A stretch of 64,000 nucleotides of DNA. Origin: Candidatus Thermochlorobacter sp. GTDB lineage: Bacteria; Bacteroidota; Chlorobiia; Chlorobiales; Thermochlorobacteraceae. The position numbers were made by a program, and so were the translations under genes. The stretch covers positions 85,288-149,287 of the forward strand of contig JBKBSK010000007.1 in assembly GCA_046291735.1 (NCBI GenBank), in the 5' to 3' direction. The notes under the pieces are model-generated. The model was not told the origin of the DNA and did not search any database. It saw nothing but the letters and a program-made list of their open reading frames with translations. Positions 49,446-59,229 of the stretch are shown in pieces; the first letter of the stretch is position 1, and each line of letters opens with the position of its first letter.

Positions 49446-50888
49446 ATGACCATCAAGTTTGGCACCTCTGGCTGGCGAGCTGTCATCGCCGACGAATTTA
49501 CTTACGCTAATCTCACACTCGTGTTGGAATCCATTGTAGCGTATCTGCAAGAAAACAAGTTGGGTGAAAAAGGTATCATCATTGGACGCGATACTCGCTT
49601 TGCAGGTGAAGACTTTGCGCAATATGCCGCACGTGTTTTAGCTGCAAGCGGCATCAAAGTCTTTCTGTGTGAGCGTGATGTTCCAACGCCTGTTATCAGC
49701 TATGAAATTCGGCGCCGAAAAGCAGGGGGCGGTATCAACTTTACAGCCTCGCACAATCCACCTGAATATCAAGGCTTGAAATTCTCGACGGCAGATGGCG
49801 CACCAGCCTTGCCTGAAATTACCAAGCAGTTTGAGCAAGCCTTTGCAGAACGCTATGCAAAGGAAATCGCAAATCCGCACGAGCGGCATTATCCTGAATT
49901 TCAAACACTGCTCAATCAAGGCAAAATTGAAATCATTGACCCAAATCCTACTTACTTGCAGCGTCTCGGTGAGATTGTCGATACAAAAGTGATTGCAGAA
50001 TCGGGTATCAAAGTCATCTACGATGCAATGTATGGCACAGCACGTGGCTACACAGATAAATTCTTGAAAGATTTGGGAGTAGATGTAGAAACGATGCACG
50101 ATTGGCGCGATGTCTACTTTGGCGGCCGTCCACCAGAACCGTCCGAAAAAAACATTCCTGAACTGATAGCGCGTGTCAAAGAATTGGGTGAAAAAGGAGA
50201 GTTTGTTATTGGGATTGCAAATGATGGTGATGCAGACCGATATGCGGCAATTGACTCGACAGGACGATACCTTCAAGCAAATCAGTTGCTGGCTATTCTC
50301 TTTCACTATGCGCTAAAGCATAAGCCGAATTGGAAAGGCTGTGTGGTGCGCACACTTGCCACGACACACCTAATTGATGCCATTGCAAACAAGGAGGGCA
50401 TAAAACTTTACGATGTGCCTGTCGGCTTCAAATACATCGGTGAAATCATGATGCGTGAGGACATGATTATCGGCGGCGAAGAATCCAATGGACTCTCGGT
50501 CTATCAACACATTCCAGAAAAGGATGGAATTTTAGCGTGCCTGCTCTTCGTTGAAATCACAGCCAGAACTCGAAAGCCGCTATCGGACTATTTAAGTATG
50601 CTTCACGCACAGTACGGGCATTTTTCAACCGTGCGAGAAAACTTGCGCCTAAGTGAGGAGCAGAAAAATGCCTTGCTCTCGCGCTTACAGCATCAAACAC
50701 CAAATGTGGTGGCAGGCAAAGAAGTTGTGAAGGTCGATAAGCGCGATGGTGTCAAGATGATTTGCAACGACGACAGTTGGCTCTTGATACGATTTAGCGG
50801 CACCGAGCCTGTGGTGCGCCTCTACGCTGAATCGCATAGTGAGGCACGTACCCATGAAATCATTGAGTTTGCAAAAAGTCTTATTTGA
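49446..50888 (+). CDS. phosphoglucomutase/phosphomannomutase (alpha-D-phosphohexomutase)
   Basis: All four family loops are present: TASHNPPEYQGLK, GIANDGDADR, GGEESNG and RFSGTEPVVR. Confidence 0.92.
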   Translation: MTIKFGTSGWRAVIADEFTYANLTLVLESIVAYLQENKLGEKGIIIGRDTRFAGEDFAQYAARVLAASGIKVFLCERDVPTPVISYEIRRRKAGGGINFTASHNPPEYQGLKFSTADGAPALPEITKQFEQAFAERYAKEIANPHERHYPEFQTLLNQGKIEIIDPNPTYLQRLGEIVDTKVIAESGIKVIYDAMYGTARGYTDKFLKDLGVDVETMHDWRDVYFGGRPPEPSEKNIPELIARVKELGEKGEFVIGIANDGDADRYAAIDSTGRYLQANQLLAILFHYALKHKPNWKGCVVRTLATTHLIDAIANKEGIKLYDVPVGFKYIGEIMMREDMIIGGEESNGLSVYQHIPEKDGILACLLFVEITARTRKPLSDYLSMLHAQYGHFSTVRENLRLSEEQKNALLSRLQHQTPNVVAGKEVVKVDKRDGVKMICNDDSWLLIRFSGTEPVVRLYAESHSEARTHEIIEFAKSLI

Positions 50889-50919
50889 ACACCTTTGAAC
50901 ACCTAAACTATTCAATGCA

Positions 50920-51276
50920 ATGAATATGAACTTCAAAGATATGGCTGGGATGCTGAAGCAAGTGCAGCAAATTAGCCAAAAGATGGAAGACGTGCAGCGT
51001 GAACTTGCAAAGCTAACTGTTACGGGTGAAGCCGGCGGCGGCATGGTCAAAGTTACAGCAAACGGCAAGCACGAAATTCTTAAAGTCGAGATTGAAAAAG
51101 ACCTGCTTAGCCCCAATGAGCAAGATATGCTTCAAGATTTAATTGTAGCAGCAACAAACAAAGCACTGCAAGAATCAACTCGCGTAGCGCAGGAAGAAAT
51201 GCTCAAAGTTACAGGCGCAATGATAAACCCAATGGATATCCTCAGAGATTTGAATATGGGAGGAGGTCAGGCATAA
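50920..51276 (+). CDS. ybaB: nucleoid-associated protein YbaB/EbfC
   Basis: MLKQVQQISQKMEDVQRELAKLTVTGEAGGGMVKVTANGKHEILKVEI is the typical YbaB pattern. Several in-frame ATGs occur at the 5' end. Confidence 0.9.
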   Translation: MNMNFKDMAGMLKQVQQISQKMEDVQRELAKLTVTGEAGGGMVKVTANGKHEILKVEIEKDLLSPNEQDMLQDLIVAATNKALQESTRVAQEEMLKVTGAMINPMDILRDLNMGGGQA

Positions 51277-54132
51277 ATGTTCAAGCTGCGCTTGAAGAGT
51301 GTCTGTGTTTTCTCTGCATTAAGCTTGCTGCTGGGTCTTGGTGCTACATTATGGCTTTGGCGTCAGGTCGAAGAACGAAAAGTAGCCCATGACAGAGAGC
51401 AAGGTGAAAAATACGAAAATCCTGAAGCGCGCTACAAATGGGAAATAGAGCAGTTACTCGATCCGCACACGGGTAAATTGCCTAAGGATATTCGCCGCAA
51501 AGAATTGCTCTATGCCAACCGATTGCCAAGCGACGAAGAAATCCATGAGAGAGCGGCGATAGGTTTGTTTAATCAAGGTGCAAAAACGCAGTCGCAAGCG
51601 CAGCAACTGCAAAGTGTGCAGTGGAATTTTCGTGGACCAATCAATGTCGGTGGACGCACACGTGCGTTAGCTATTGATGTGAGCAATGAAAATGTCATCA
51701 TTGCAGGCGGTGTCTCTGGTGGCGTGTGGCGCAGCGATGACGGCGGAAGAACATGGCGCAAAACCACCGCTCCTGATGAACTGCATAGTGTCTCTTGCTT
51801 AGCACAGGATACACGCCCGGGACGGCGCAACATCTGGTATTACGGCACAGGCGAACTGCGCGGCAACAGTGCGAGCTCCAATATTGGCGGCGGTCTGTAT
51901 CGTGGCGATGGCATTTTCAAATCCGTAGATGGCGGTAATACTTGGGCACGCTTACCATCAACTGTAACCAACGCTCCACAAGTCTTCGACAACTATTTCG
52001 ATTGGGTCTGGAACATCGCTATCGATCCCTCGAACTTGAATGAGGATGAAGTCTACGCAGCGACACTTGGTGCAATTCACCGAAGTATTGATGGCGGCAA
52101 CAGTTGGCGTGTGGTATTGCCGCAAGGTGGAAATTTTTCTAACGCCGTCATTTCACCGCGCTTTAATGATGTCGCTGTAACATCAACAGGAGTAGTCTAT
52201 GCTGCAATGAGTTCAGCAACGAGCGATGCGAATGTAACCGTAGCACAAGGACGCGGCATCTGGCGCTCAACGGATGGTATAAATTGGACAAACATCACAC
52301 CTCCAAACTTTCCAAGCACTTACAATCGCATCGTGATAGGTATCACCCCCTCAAATGAAAATATCGTTTATTTCTTGGGTGAGACGCCCAACAGCGGGTT
52401 TAATGGCGATGGTAGAGATTGGACAAGCCTCTGGCGCTACACCTACATTTCAGGAGATGGCACAGGCGCGGGCGGTCGCTGGGAAGATTTGACCAGCAAT
52501 ATGCCTGCTTTCGGCGGCGCAGTGGGCAATATGAACTCGCAGCAGAGTTACAATCTTGTTGTCAAAGTCAAGCCAGATGACCCGAATGTGGTCTTCATCG
52601 GCGGCACAAATCTCTACCGCTCAACCAGCGGGTTTACAACCAACACCAACACGGCTTGGATTGGGGGCTACTCCAATCTCAACAACATTAGCCTTTACTC
52701 TAATCATCATTGCGACCAGCATTGCATTGTATTTTTGCCATCAAACCCGAATGTGATGCTCACTGGCAATGATGGTGGCGTACAGCGCACGAATAATTGC
52801 ATGGCACAAAACGTGGTCTGGGAAGATTTATCGCGCGGCTATATCACATCGCAGTTCTATACACTGGCTATAGACCAGAATACGGTTAGCAATGTCATCA
52901 TTGGCGGCTTGCAAGACAATGGCACGCATTTCGTCAATTCATCGACGCCAGATGTCGATTGGCGTGAGGTGTACGGCGGCGATGGCGGCTACTGTGCTAT
53001 TGCAAATGGCGGCAATCCATATTTCATCTCTGTCCAAGAAGGCAGAATTTTCCGTGCATCGCTAAGTGCTGAAGGACGCTTACTCTCAGTAGTCTCCATC
53101 ACACCGCAAAATGCAAGTAACCCGCTCTTTATCAATCCATTCGTCTTAGACCCAAACAATAGTAACATTCTTTACTCACTTGGCGGCGATAGGGTTTTGC
53201 GTAATACCAATGCGCTTACATCGGCAGCAGCGAACTGGGATACGCTTCCATCACCTTTCCCCGGAGCAAGGCTAACCAGTTTAGCCATTTCACACACGCC
53301 AGCCAATCGATTGTACTACGGCACAAACAATGGCAGGGTTTTTCGTGTCGATAATGCGCACTTCGATGCTGCGGTTACAACGGAAATCACAGGTGCAAAT
53401 TTTCCGCGTAGCGGCACATCTCATGTTGGCTATGTCAGTTGCATTGCAATTGACCCAACGGATGCAAACAAAGTCATGGTTGTGTTCTCAAACTACAACA
53501 TTCTGAGCTTGTTTTACAGTGAAGATGGCGGTGCAAGTTGGTCGGCAGTAGCCGGAAACTTAGAGGAAAATCCGGACGGTACAGGCAGCGGACCAGCCGT
53601 AAAATGCGCAGGGATTTTGCCTGTGCAAGGTGGCAGAGCCTATTTCGTGGGCACCACAACAGGACTCTACGCTACAACCAGACTAAATGGTATGCAAACC
53701 CAATGGGTACAGCAAGGGCGTAGAACAATCGGCAATGTGGTCGTTGATATGATTCGCGCAAGGCAAGCAGATGGATTGGTGGTGGTCGCAACGCATGGCA
53801 ATGGTGTCCACAGCGCAAACATTACAAATCTAACGCCGCTCTCGGCGCAAACGGATGCGCCAGTAGCACGCTCATTCCGATTGATGCAAAATTATCCTAA
53901 TCCATTCAACCCTGCGACGGTGATTCAATACCAACTGCCAACGCCGAGCATGGTTTCGCTCAAAGTCTATGATGCGTTAGGACGAGAAGTGGTAACGCTT
54001 GTCAATGAGCGTAAAGATGCAGGTCTGCATCAGGTAGAATTTCGCCCGATGAATCTTGCAAGTGGCACCTATTTCTACCGCTTGCAAGCAGGGCAATTTG
54101 TGGAAACTAAGAAGATGATACTTATCAAGTAA
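51277..54132 (+). CDS. secreted BNR/Asp-box beta-propeller protein with T9SS C-terminal sorting domain
   Basis: Repeated SxDxGxTW boxes (SDDGGRTW, SVDGGNTW, SIDGGNSW, STDGINW, SEDGGASW). C-terminal tail QNYPNPFNPATVIQYQLP..SLKVYDALGREV..LASGTYFYRLQAG.FVETKKMILIK. Confidence 0.9.
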   Translation: MFKLRLKSVCVFSALSLLLGLGATLWLWRQVEERKVAHDREQGEKYENPEARYKWEIEQLLDPHTGKLPKDIRRKELLYANRLPSDEEIHERAAIGLFNQGAKTQSQAQQLQSVQWNFRGPINVGGRTRALAIDVSNENVIIAGGVSGGVWRSDDGGRTWRKTTAPDELHSVSCLAQDTRPGRRNIWYYGTGELRGNSASSNIGGGLYRGDGIFKSVDGGNTWARLPSTVTNAPQVFDNYFDWVWNIAIDPSNLNEDEVYAATLGAIHRSIDGGNSWRVVLPQGGNFSNAVISPRFNDVAVTSTGVVYAAMSSATSDANVTVAQGRGIWRSTDGINWTNITPPNFPSTYNRIVIGITPSNENIVYFLGETPNSGFNGDGRDWTSLWRYTYISGDGTGAGGRWEDLTSNMPAFGGAVGNMNSQQSYNLVVKVKPDDPNVVFIGGTNLYRSTSGFTTNTNTAWIGGYSNLNNISLYSNHHCDQHCIVFLPSNPNVMLTGNDGGVQRTNNCMAQNVVWEDLSRGYITSQFYTLAIDQNTVSNVIIGGLQDNGTHFVNSSTPDVDWREVYGGDGGYCAIANGGNPYFISVQEGRIFRASLSAEGRLLSVVSITPQNASNPLFINPFVLDPNNSNILYSLGGDRVLRNTNALTSAAANWDTLPSPFPGARLTSLAISHTPANRLYYGTNNGRVFRVDNAHFDAAVTTEITGANFPRSGTSHVGYVSCIAIDPTDANKVMVVFSNYNILSLFYSEDGGASWSAVAGNLEENPDGTGSGPAVKCAGILPVQGGRAYFVGTTTGLYATTRLNGMQTQWVQQGRRTIGNVVVDMIRARQADGLVVVATHGNGVHSANITNLTPLSAQTDAPVARSFRLMQNYPNPFNPATVIQYQLPTPSMVSLKVYDALGREVVTLVNERKDAGLHQVEFRPMNLASGTYFYRLQAGQFVETKKMILIK

Positions 54133-54163
54133 ATGCGATTTCCCTGACATGCAAGAAATAAAG

Positions 54164-54183
54164 AGGGCGCATCGCTGCGCCCT
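54164..54183. terminator. bidirectional hairpin between convergent genes
   Basis: Stem agggcgca / tgcgccct with loop tcgc, flanked by A- and T-rich runs. Confidence 0.6.
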
Positions 54184-54212
54184 TTAACTTTAAGTTTGGT
54201 CTGTCAGTACAG

Positions 54213-55304
54213 TTAAGCAATCGTGATATGCTTATCGAGATAGACATCTTGAATGGCATTGAGAATTGCGATGCCTTCTTTCATGGGCTTTTGGAAGGCT
54301 TTGCGTCCAGAAATGAGACCCATGCCACCAGCACGCTTGTTGATAACCGCAGTCCTGACCGCATCAAAGAGGTCATTGTCGCCTGAGGCGCCACCTGAAT
54401 TGATTAGACCAGCTCTGCCCATATAGCAATTAATTACTTGATAACGGCAAAGATCGATGGGATGGTCCGTGACAAGGTCAGTATACATTCGGCTATCCGA
54501 TTTGCCGTAGGGGCTTTCCTTCGTGCTCAGGGCTTTGTAGCCACCGTTGTTCTCTGGCAATTTTTGCTTGATGATATCGGCTTCAATTGTGACGCCCAAA
54601 TGATTGGCTTGCGAGGTCAAATCGGCTGAGAGATGATAATCTGTGCCATTGACCTTGAAAGCCGGGTTACGCAAGTAGCACCAAAGGATGGTCGCCATGC
54701 CTAAGTCATGCGCTTGCTTAAAGGCTTCAGAGACTTCAATGATTTGGCGGCTAGATTCAGCGGAGCCAAAATAAATGGTGGCACCGACAGCCACGCAGCC
54801 CATATCAAATGCCATTTTGATATTGCCGAACATGATTTGGTCAAACTTGTTCGGGTAGGTCAAAAATTCGTTGTGGTTAATTTTGGCAATGAAAGGAATT
54901 TTGTGCGCATATTTGCGTGCAACACTGCCCAGTACGCCAAATGTAGAGGCGACAGCATTGCAGCCACCCTCAATGGCAAGTTTGACGATATTTTCACCGT
55001 CAAAGTAGATTGGATTCTTAGCAAATGATGCGCCGGCAGAGTGCTCAATGCCTTGGTCGACAGGCAAGATTGAAAGGTAGCCTGTACCAGCAAGTCGCCC
55101 TGTGTTGAAGAGCAGTTGCAAATTGCGCAGCACATTAGGACTGCGGTCGGAGTGTGCCCAAACACGGTCGACAAAATCAGGACCGGGCAAATGCAAATAC
55201 TCTTTTGGAATCTTGGCTTTGTGCTCCAAAAGATTCTTGGCTTCAGCGCCTAACACTTCTTCGACATCGATGGTGAGATTGCTCTCGAGAACGGCAGTAC
55301 TCAT
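54213..55304 (-). CDS. fbaB: class I fructose-bisphosphate aldolase (FbaB/DhnA type)
   Basis: Collinear with E. coli FbaB as recalled ([73 protein letters not shown]). Confidence 0.93.
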   Translation of the reverse strand: MSTAVLESNLTIDVEEVLGAEAKNLLEHKAKIPKEYLHLPGPDFVDRVWAHSDRSPNVLRNLQLLFNTGRLAGTGYLSILPVDQGIEHSAGASFAKNPIYFDGENIVKLAIEGGCNAVASTFGVLGSVARKYAHKIPFIAKINHNEFLTYPNKFDQIMFGNIKMAFDMGCVAVGATIYFGSAESSRQIIEVSEAFKQAHDLGMATILWCYLRNPAFKVNGTDYHLSADLTSQANHLGVTIEADIIKQKLPENNGGYKALSTKESPYGKSDSRMYTDLVTDHPIDLCRYQVINCYMGRAGLINSGGASGDNDLFDAVRTAVINKRAGGMGLISGRKAFQKPMKEGIAILNAIQDVYLDKHITIA

Positions 55305-55472
55305 AGTTTGTAATCATTTTGGTTGGAAAAACCACTTTTCGCCCATTTTGAGGAAACAGCTGAATATAAAAATTTTCATGCGGTTTGTTTGTAGTATTAC
55401 AAAATTGTGCAATCAAGCACAGGCAACTTTTGCAATCATTCTAAGCGTAACGCCACAAAACACAGAAATACC

Positions 55473-56219
55473 ATGACACTTGCTATCAATTTTTTTACAG
55501 AGATTGGTCAAATTGCAATGATGTTTGGCGGCGTATTGAAAACATTGCCGCGCTGTTTCAAGGATCGTAAGTTGATTGTAACACAAATGTCGCACATCGG
55601 TGTGGATTCACTGCCGCTCGTGGTGCTGGTCTCTATCTTCACAGGTGCAATTGCAGCTTGGCAAGCGGCTTATCAGATGAAAGGACTTGCGCCAATGAGC
55701 CTTGTCGGCGGCATCACATCACGTGTGATTATTATTGAACTCGGTCCAGTGCTGACAGGCATCATCATCGCAGGGCGTGTGGGCGCTTCAATTGCTGCAG
55801 AAATCGGGACAATGAAAGTGACCGAACAAATCGACGCACTGGAGACGATGGCTATTAACCCCATACGCTACCTTGCCATGCCACGCATTTTAGCTACAAC
55901 TCTAATGCTGCCAATTCTCGTCATTTTTGCAAACCTTGTGGCAATTGCAGGCGCGTTTGTGGTCTCATCATCCTTCTTAGGGCTTTCTGCATCAGGATTC
56001 TTTGACTCGCTCAAAAATTTCTTCTACGTCAAAGATGTGTTTGGAGCGCTGCTCAAAGCGGCAATTTTTGGATTCATCACCTCAGCAATTGGTTGCCACA
56101 TTGGCTTCCGTACGGATGGCGGAGCAGAAGGTGTCGGCGTGGCTACGATTCGCAGTTTCGTGGTCTCTTCCGCCACGATTCTCATCGGCGATTATTTCCT
56201 ATGGCTCTTCCTTTTTTGA
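55473..56219 (+). CDS. mlaE: MlaE-family ABC transporter permease
   Basis: LPLVVLVSIFTGAIAAWQ, AEIGTMKVTEQIDALETMAINP and RYLAMPRILA motifs. I preferred the internal Met at 55473 over the ORF-track start at 55407. Confidence 0.88.
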   Translation: MTLAINFFTEIGQIAMMFGGVLKTLPRCFKDRKLIVTQMSHIGVDSLPLVVLVSIFTGAIAAWQAAYQMKGLAPMSLVGGITSRVIIIELGPVLTGIIIAGRVGASIAAEIGTMKVTEQIDALETMAINPIRYLAMPRILATTLMLPILVIFANLVAIAGAFVVSSSFLGLSASGFFDSLKNFFYVKDVFGALLKAAIFGFITSAIGCHIGFRTDGGAEGVGVATIRSFVVSSATILIGDYFLWLFLF

Positions 56220-56274
56220 GTGTAACTCCAAATGTAAAGCATCGTAGTGCTTTCTCTAAATAGTCCTAACACAC

Positions 56275-56895
56275 ATGACCTATATCCTTTGCTTTGCGCT
56301 GCTCTTTGCACCGCCCAAACCTTTTGAAGGTGCAATTATCTTTTCGGTCTCTGCGCCAGAAGTGAAGAACGCTAACCTTGTAATCATGCTCTCACGCTAT
56401 GGCGCAAAAGCCATCTTCGATGGTAAAAATCAAGCCTTTGAGTTCTTGATTCCAAAGCAAGACAGCGCTGCCTACAAACTCAATGCCTATGGCAAGACAT
56501 ACAATATCGTTGGACTGGCAGAGTCACAGCGGCTAGCTGAATCACTCGGGCGATTGGAAGACTATACTCTCGATAAGCTCGGTGAAGAGACCGTGTTAGG
56601 CTATAAATGCAAACGATTTCGCTTGAGCACAAAACAGCGTACGATAGAACTCTGGACAACAAGCGAGATTTTAGATGCAGAAGAGCTGACCAAACTTGCA
56701 GGTGCTGTTACACTGCTTGGCTTAAATCCTAGAATGATTAGCGAAATGAAGAAAGCCGGTGTGGCTGGATTTCCGCTGAAACTGCGCGCTGAAGAAAACG
56801 GTCAGATTTTGACAATTGACGCAAAGAAAATCTCTAAAAAAACTTTCCCAAAGTCCACATTTGAAGTCCCAAAGGGCTATAGACCTATCGAGTAA
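56275..56895 (+). CDS. DUF4412-like secreted protein
   Basis: Hydrophobic N-terminus, ETVLGYKCKRFRL and a C-terminal FEVPKGYRPI, as in DUF4412 (recollection). Confidence 0.6.
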   Translation: MTYILCFALLFAPPKPFEGAIIFSVSAPEVKNANLVIMLSRYGAKAIFDGKNQAFEFLIPKQDSAAYKLNAYGKTYNIVGLAESQRLAESLGRLEDYTLDKLGEETVLGYKCKRFRLSTKQRTIELWTTSEILDAEELTKLAGAVTLLGLNPRMISEMKKAGVAGFPLKLRAEENGQILTIDAKKISKKTFPKSTFEVPKGYRPIE

Positions 56896-56903
56896 AAAAA
56901 AAA

Positions 56904-56931
56904 CGCTGCATTGCCCGAAGCCAATGCAGCG
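56904..56931. terminator. bidirectional hairpin between convergent genes
   Basis: Perfect 10-bp stem cgctgcattg / caatgcagcg with an 8-nt loop, preceded by an A10 run. Confidence 0.65.
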
Positions 56932-56956
56932 AGTGTTCTATTGTGTCGTTCAGAAG

Positions 56957-57880
56957 TTAGAAAGGTAAAAATGCGCCAGATACCCATTGGCAGGAGCCTT
57001 TGAACTCACTACGGCGACCTCTGACGGAGATGGGCAGAAGACCATTGCGTTCCTGCGAAAGATCAATGCTGAACTCACGATTGACTTCACTTTCGCTGTA
57101 GGTTTCACCACGCACAAAGGTAATGCGCGCAGTGTAAGTACCGGTAATTGTACCAGATGTTGCACGTGCATAAATGTTTTGGAATCGGCGTGTGCGATTG
57201 AGAGGCACCACAACATCGCGCAGTGTAGCGGTGATAGTATGGTTGCTAATGCGTAGCGCATCCCCAGCTGTTAGTGAATCAATGCCAGAGCGACGATAAG
57301 GTGCAGCAGAGTTGAGCGTCATAATAGGATTTGCAGTGTCAGCAAAGGAGATGGTACCACGCAGTGCGCCCTCTAATCGTGTCAAGCGATGCGATAGCTG
57401 ACGGTTTTTAAAGTAGCCAGTGCAAGAATCAGGCACGATTTCAAAGGTTACAAGGTCGGCAAGCTGGTTGTTGGTTCTGAGAAACTGTTGCCCGACGCCA
57501 TTGCGTGAAAAGCGTAGCCGATACTGACGTGTCCAACTGCCTTGCACTGTAGGGGTATTGATTGAGCGTTGCACCGTAATGGTCCAAGTTTGGTTGGCTG
57601 GGTTGTACTCACGGCGGCGAATCATGCCGTTGCGGCTCAGCGTAGGATCAGGTGAAGCGATAAAGTTCAGCATGCCGTCAGAAGTAAGTTCAACAATGTC
57701 AGTGAGTTGATCATTGAGTCCGCCATTGTCAGAGCCTATTGCCCCTGAAATCACGGTGGAGGCATCTAATGAAGCAAGTTGGCTTTCATCTTGAGCGGGT
57801 TCAGAGGCGGTTTGGCAGCCTATTGCGCCAAGCAGAACCAGCGCGAAAGCAGCACGAAGGAAAGACAATGAGCGTTTCAT
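56957..57880 (-). CDS. hypothetical lipoprotein
   Basis: MKRSLSFLRAAFALVLLGAIGC (lipobox). Beta-rich and Thr/Arg-rich, with no motif recognised. Confidence 0.68.
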   Translation of the reverse strand: MKRSLSFLRAAFALVLLGAIGCQTASEPAQDESQLASLDASTVISGAIGSDNGGLNDQLTDIVELTSDGMLNFIASPDPTLSRNGMIRRREYNPANQTWTITVQRSINTPTVQGSWTRQYRLRFSRNGVGQQFLRTNNQLADLVTFEIVPDSCTGYFKNRQLSHRLTRLEGALRGTISFADTANPIMTLNSAAPYRRSGIDSLTAGDALRISNHTITATLRDVVVPLNRTRRFQNIYARATSGTITGTYTARITFVRGETYSESEVNREFSIDLSQERNGLLPISVRGRRSEFKGSCQWVSGAFLPF

Positions 57881-58061
57881 AGTTAGATGCATGATTTAGA
57901 TAAGTTGAAAGTTTTAGTTTGAACCTACAAGTCGCCTTTCATGGCTTTGAGCGACTGTGCACTCAAAGAGACAGATATGAGCGAAAAAAGGTTTAAAGTG
58001 CGTGGGCGCTAAATTTGTGAGGTGCTACACCAAGAAAAAATAAGGCGCAAATAAGGATGTA

Positions 58062-58093
58062 TTTGGAAAGCACAAGAGAGGCGAGTATATTTG
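58062..58093 (+). promoter_or_regulatory. FCB-type promoter for tRNA-Asp
   Basis: TTTG (58062-58065), a 20-nt spacer, then TATATTTG (58086-58093). This matches the TTTG/TAnnTTTG consensus known for Bacteroidota sigma-A. It lies about 35 nt upstream of the tRNA. Confidence 0.4.
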
Positions 58094-58127
58094 CAGTCCT
58101 TTCTTGTAGAGGTAAGTTTGCAAGCAA

Positions 58128-58201
58128 GGAGCTGTAGCTCAGTTGGTTAGAGCGCCTGCCTGTCACGCAGGAGGCCGCGGGTTCGAGCCCCGTCAGCTCC
58201 G
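58128..58201 (+). tRNA. tRNA-Asp (GUC)
   Basis: Acceptor GGAGCTG/CAGCTCC, D-arm GCTCAGTTGGTTAGAGC, anticodon stem-loop CCTGC-CTGTCAC-GCAGG, T-arm GCGGGTTCGAGCCCCGT. Confidence 0.95.
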
Positions 58202-58241
58202 CAATCCTCCCTAAGATGTGTTGCCTTCTATTGGGCGGTTT

Positions 58242-59144
58242 CTACAGCAAAGCAATCACTTCATCTATGGTTGGAATACGGGTTTTGATGACGGTGCGCA
58301 GTTTGCGATTATCTAAGCTGCAATCGCGCGGGCGTGGCGGCGTTGAAACAACGCTATCCAGCGACGCAGCACGATAGGAAGATTCAGGCACGCCGAAATG
58401 CTCAAAAATTTTCTTTCCAATTTCATAACGCGAAAGGCGCTCGCTGCCCACGGCATGAAATATGCCCTTTGCCTCTCTGGCTGCATCAAGTGCAAATTCT
58501 AAAACAATTTGCGCAAGCGTCTCTACTGAAATCGGTGAGCGATATTCATCTGTAAATAGTGTGGGAAGACGCGACTGCGCCACTTCAAGCATTAAACGCT
58601 CATTAAGGCTACGTGTGCCGCGTGGTGAGTATCCAAGCATAATCGTTGTGCGAAGAATGGCATAATCTTCGAGTGTTTTAGTGATATAATCTTCACTGAT
58701 CATTTTAGTTTCACCATAGAAGCTGAGCGGGTGGCGCAAATCGGTTTCCACATAATTACCTTTTTTGCCATCAAAGACTAAATCGGTGGAGATGAAGATA
58801 AGTCGCGCATGAAAATGTTCGGCAAGGTTGGTGAGCGTGCGTGTAACCAGAATGTTTTGCCGTGTCGCTTCATCTTGTTGCCATTCACAAGCAGCAGGTT
58901 CAGTCATCGCAGCAGTGTGAATAATCACATCGGGTCGCCATTGAGAGATGACATTCCAAACTGCACTTTCAGATGTCAGGTCAAGCAAAAGTGTCTCGTA
59001 GCCATTTGAAAAGACTGGTGGAATGACAAAGGTTTCGCTGCGTTGAGCGGCGCAAACCTCTACATTGGGTCGTGAGCCTAAAAGACGCAAGATGTTGCCG
59101 CCAAGCAAACCGCTAGCGCCTGTCAGAAAAATTTTAACTGGCAT
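58242..59144 (-). CDS. RmlD-like SDR (dTDP-4-dehydrorhamnose reductase family)
   Basis: IFLTGASGLLGGN and a catalytic SFYGETKMISE (YxxxK), at RmlD-like length. No rmlABC genes nearby. Confidence 0.8.
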   Translation of the reverse strand: MPVKIFLTGASGLLGGNILRLLGSRPNVEVCAAQRSETFVIPPVFSNGYETLLLDLTSESAVWNVISQWRPDVIIHTAAMTEPAACEWQQDEATRQNILVTRTLTNLAEHFHARLIFISTDLVFDGKKGNYVETDLRHPLSFYGETKMISEDYITKTLEDYAILRTTIMLGYSPRGTRSLNERLMLEVAQSRLPTLFTDEYRSPISVETLAQIVLEFALDAAREAKGIFHAVGSERLSRYEIGKKIFEHFGVPESSYRAASLDSVVSTPPRPRDCSLDNRKLRTVIKTRIPTIDEVIALL

Positions 59145-59229
59145 TGAAGATAAAGTTTCAACTTGTGCAAATTAGCGTTGTGCACCAGAGTTGCACGGCT
59201 CGAACACTGTAAGCAACAAAGAAAGCAAG

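Noticed and set aside
58128-58241. tRNA-Asp flank as an integration site
   Set aside because: No integrase, phage or plasmid genes lie downstream, and I did not notice a direct repeat of the tRNA 3' end. The neighbouring genes are ordinary metabolic genes.
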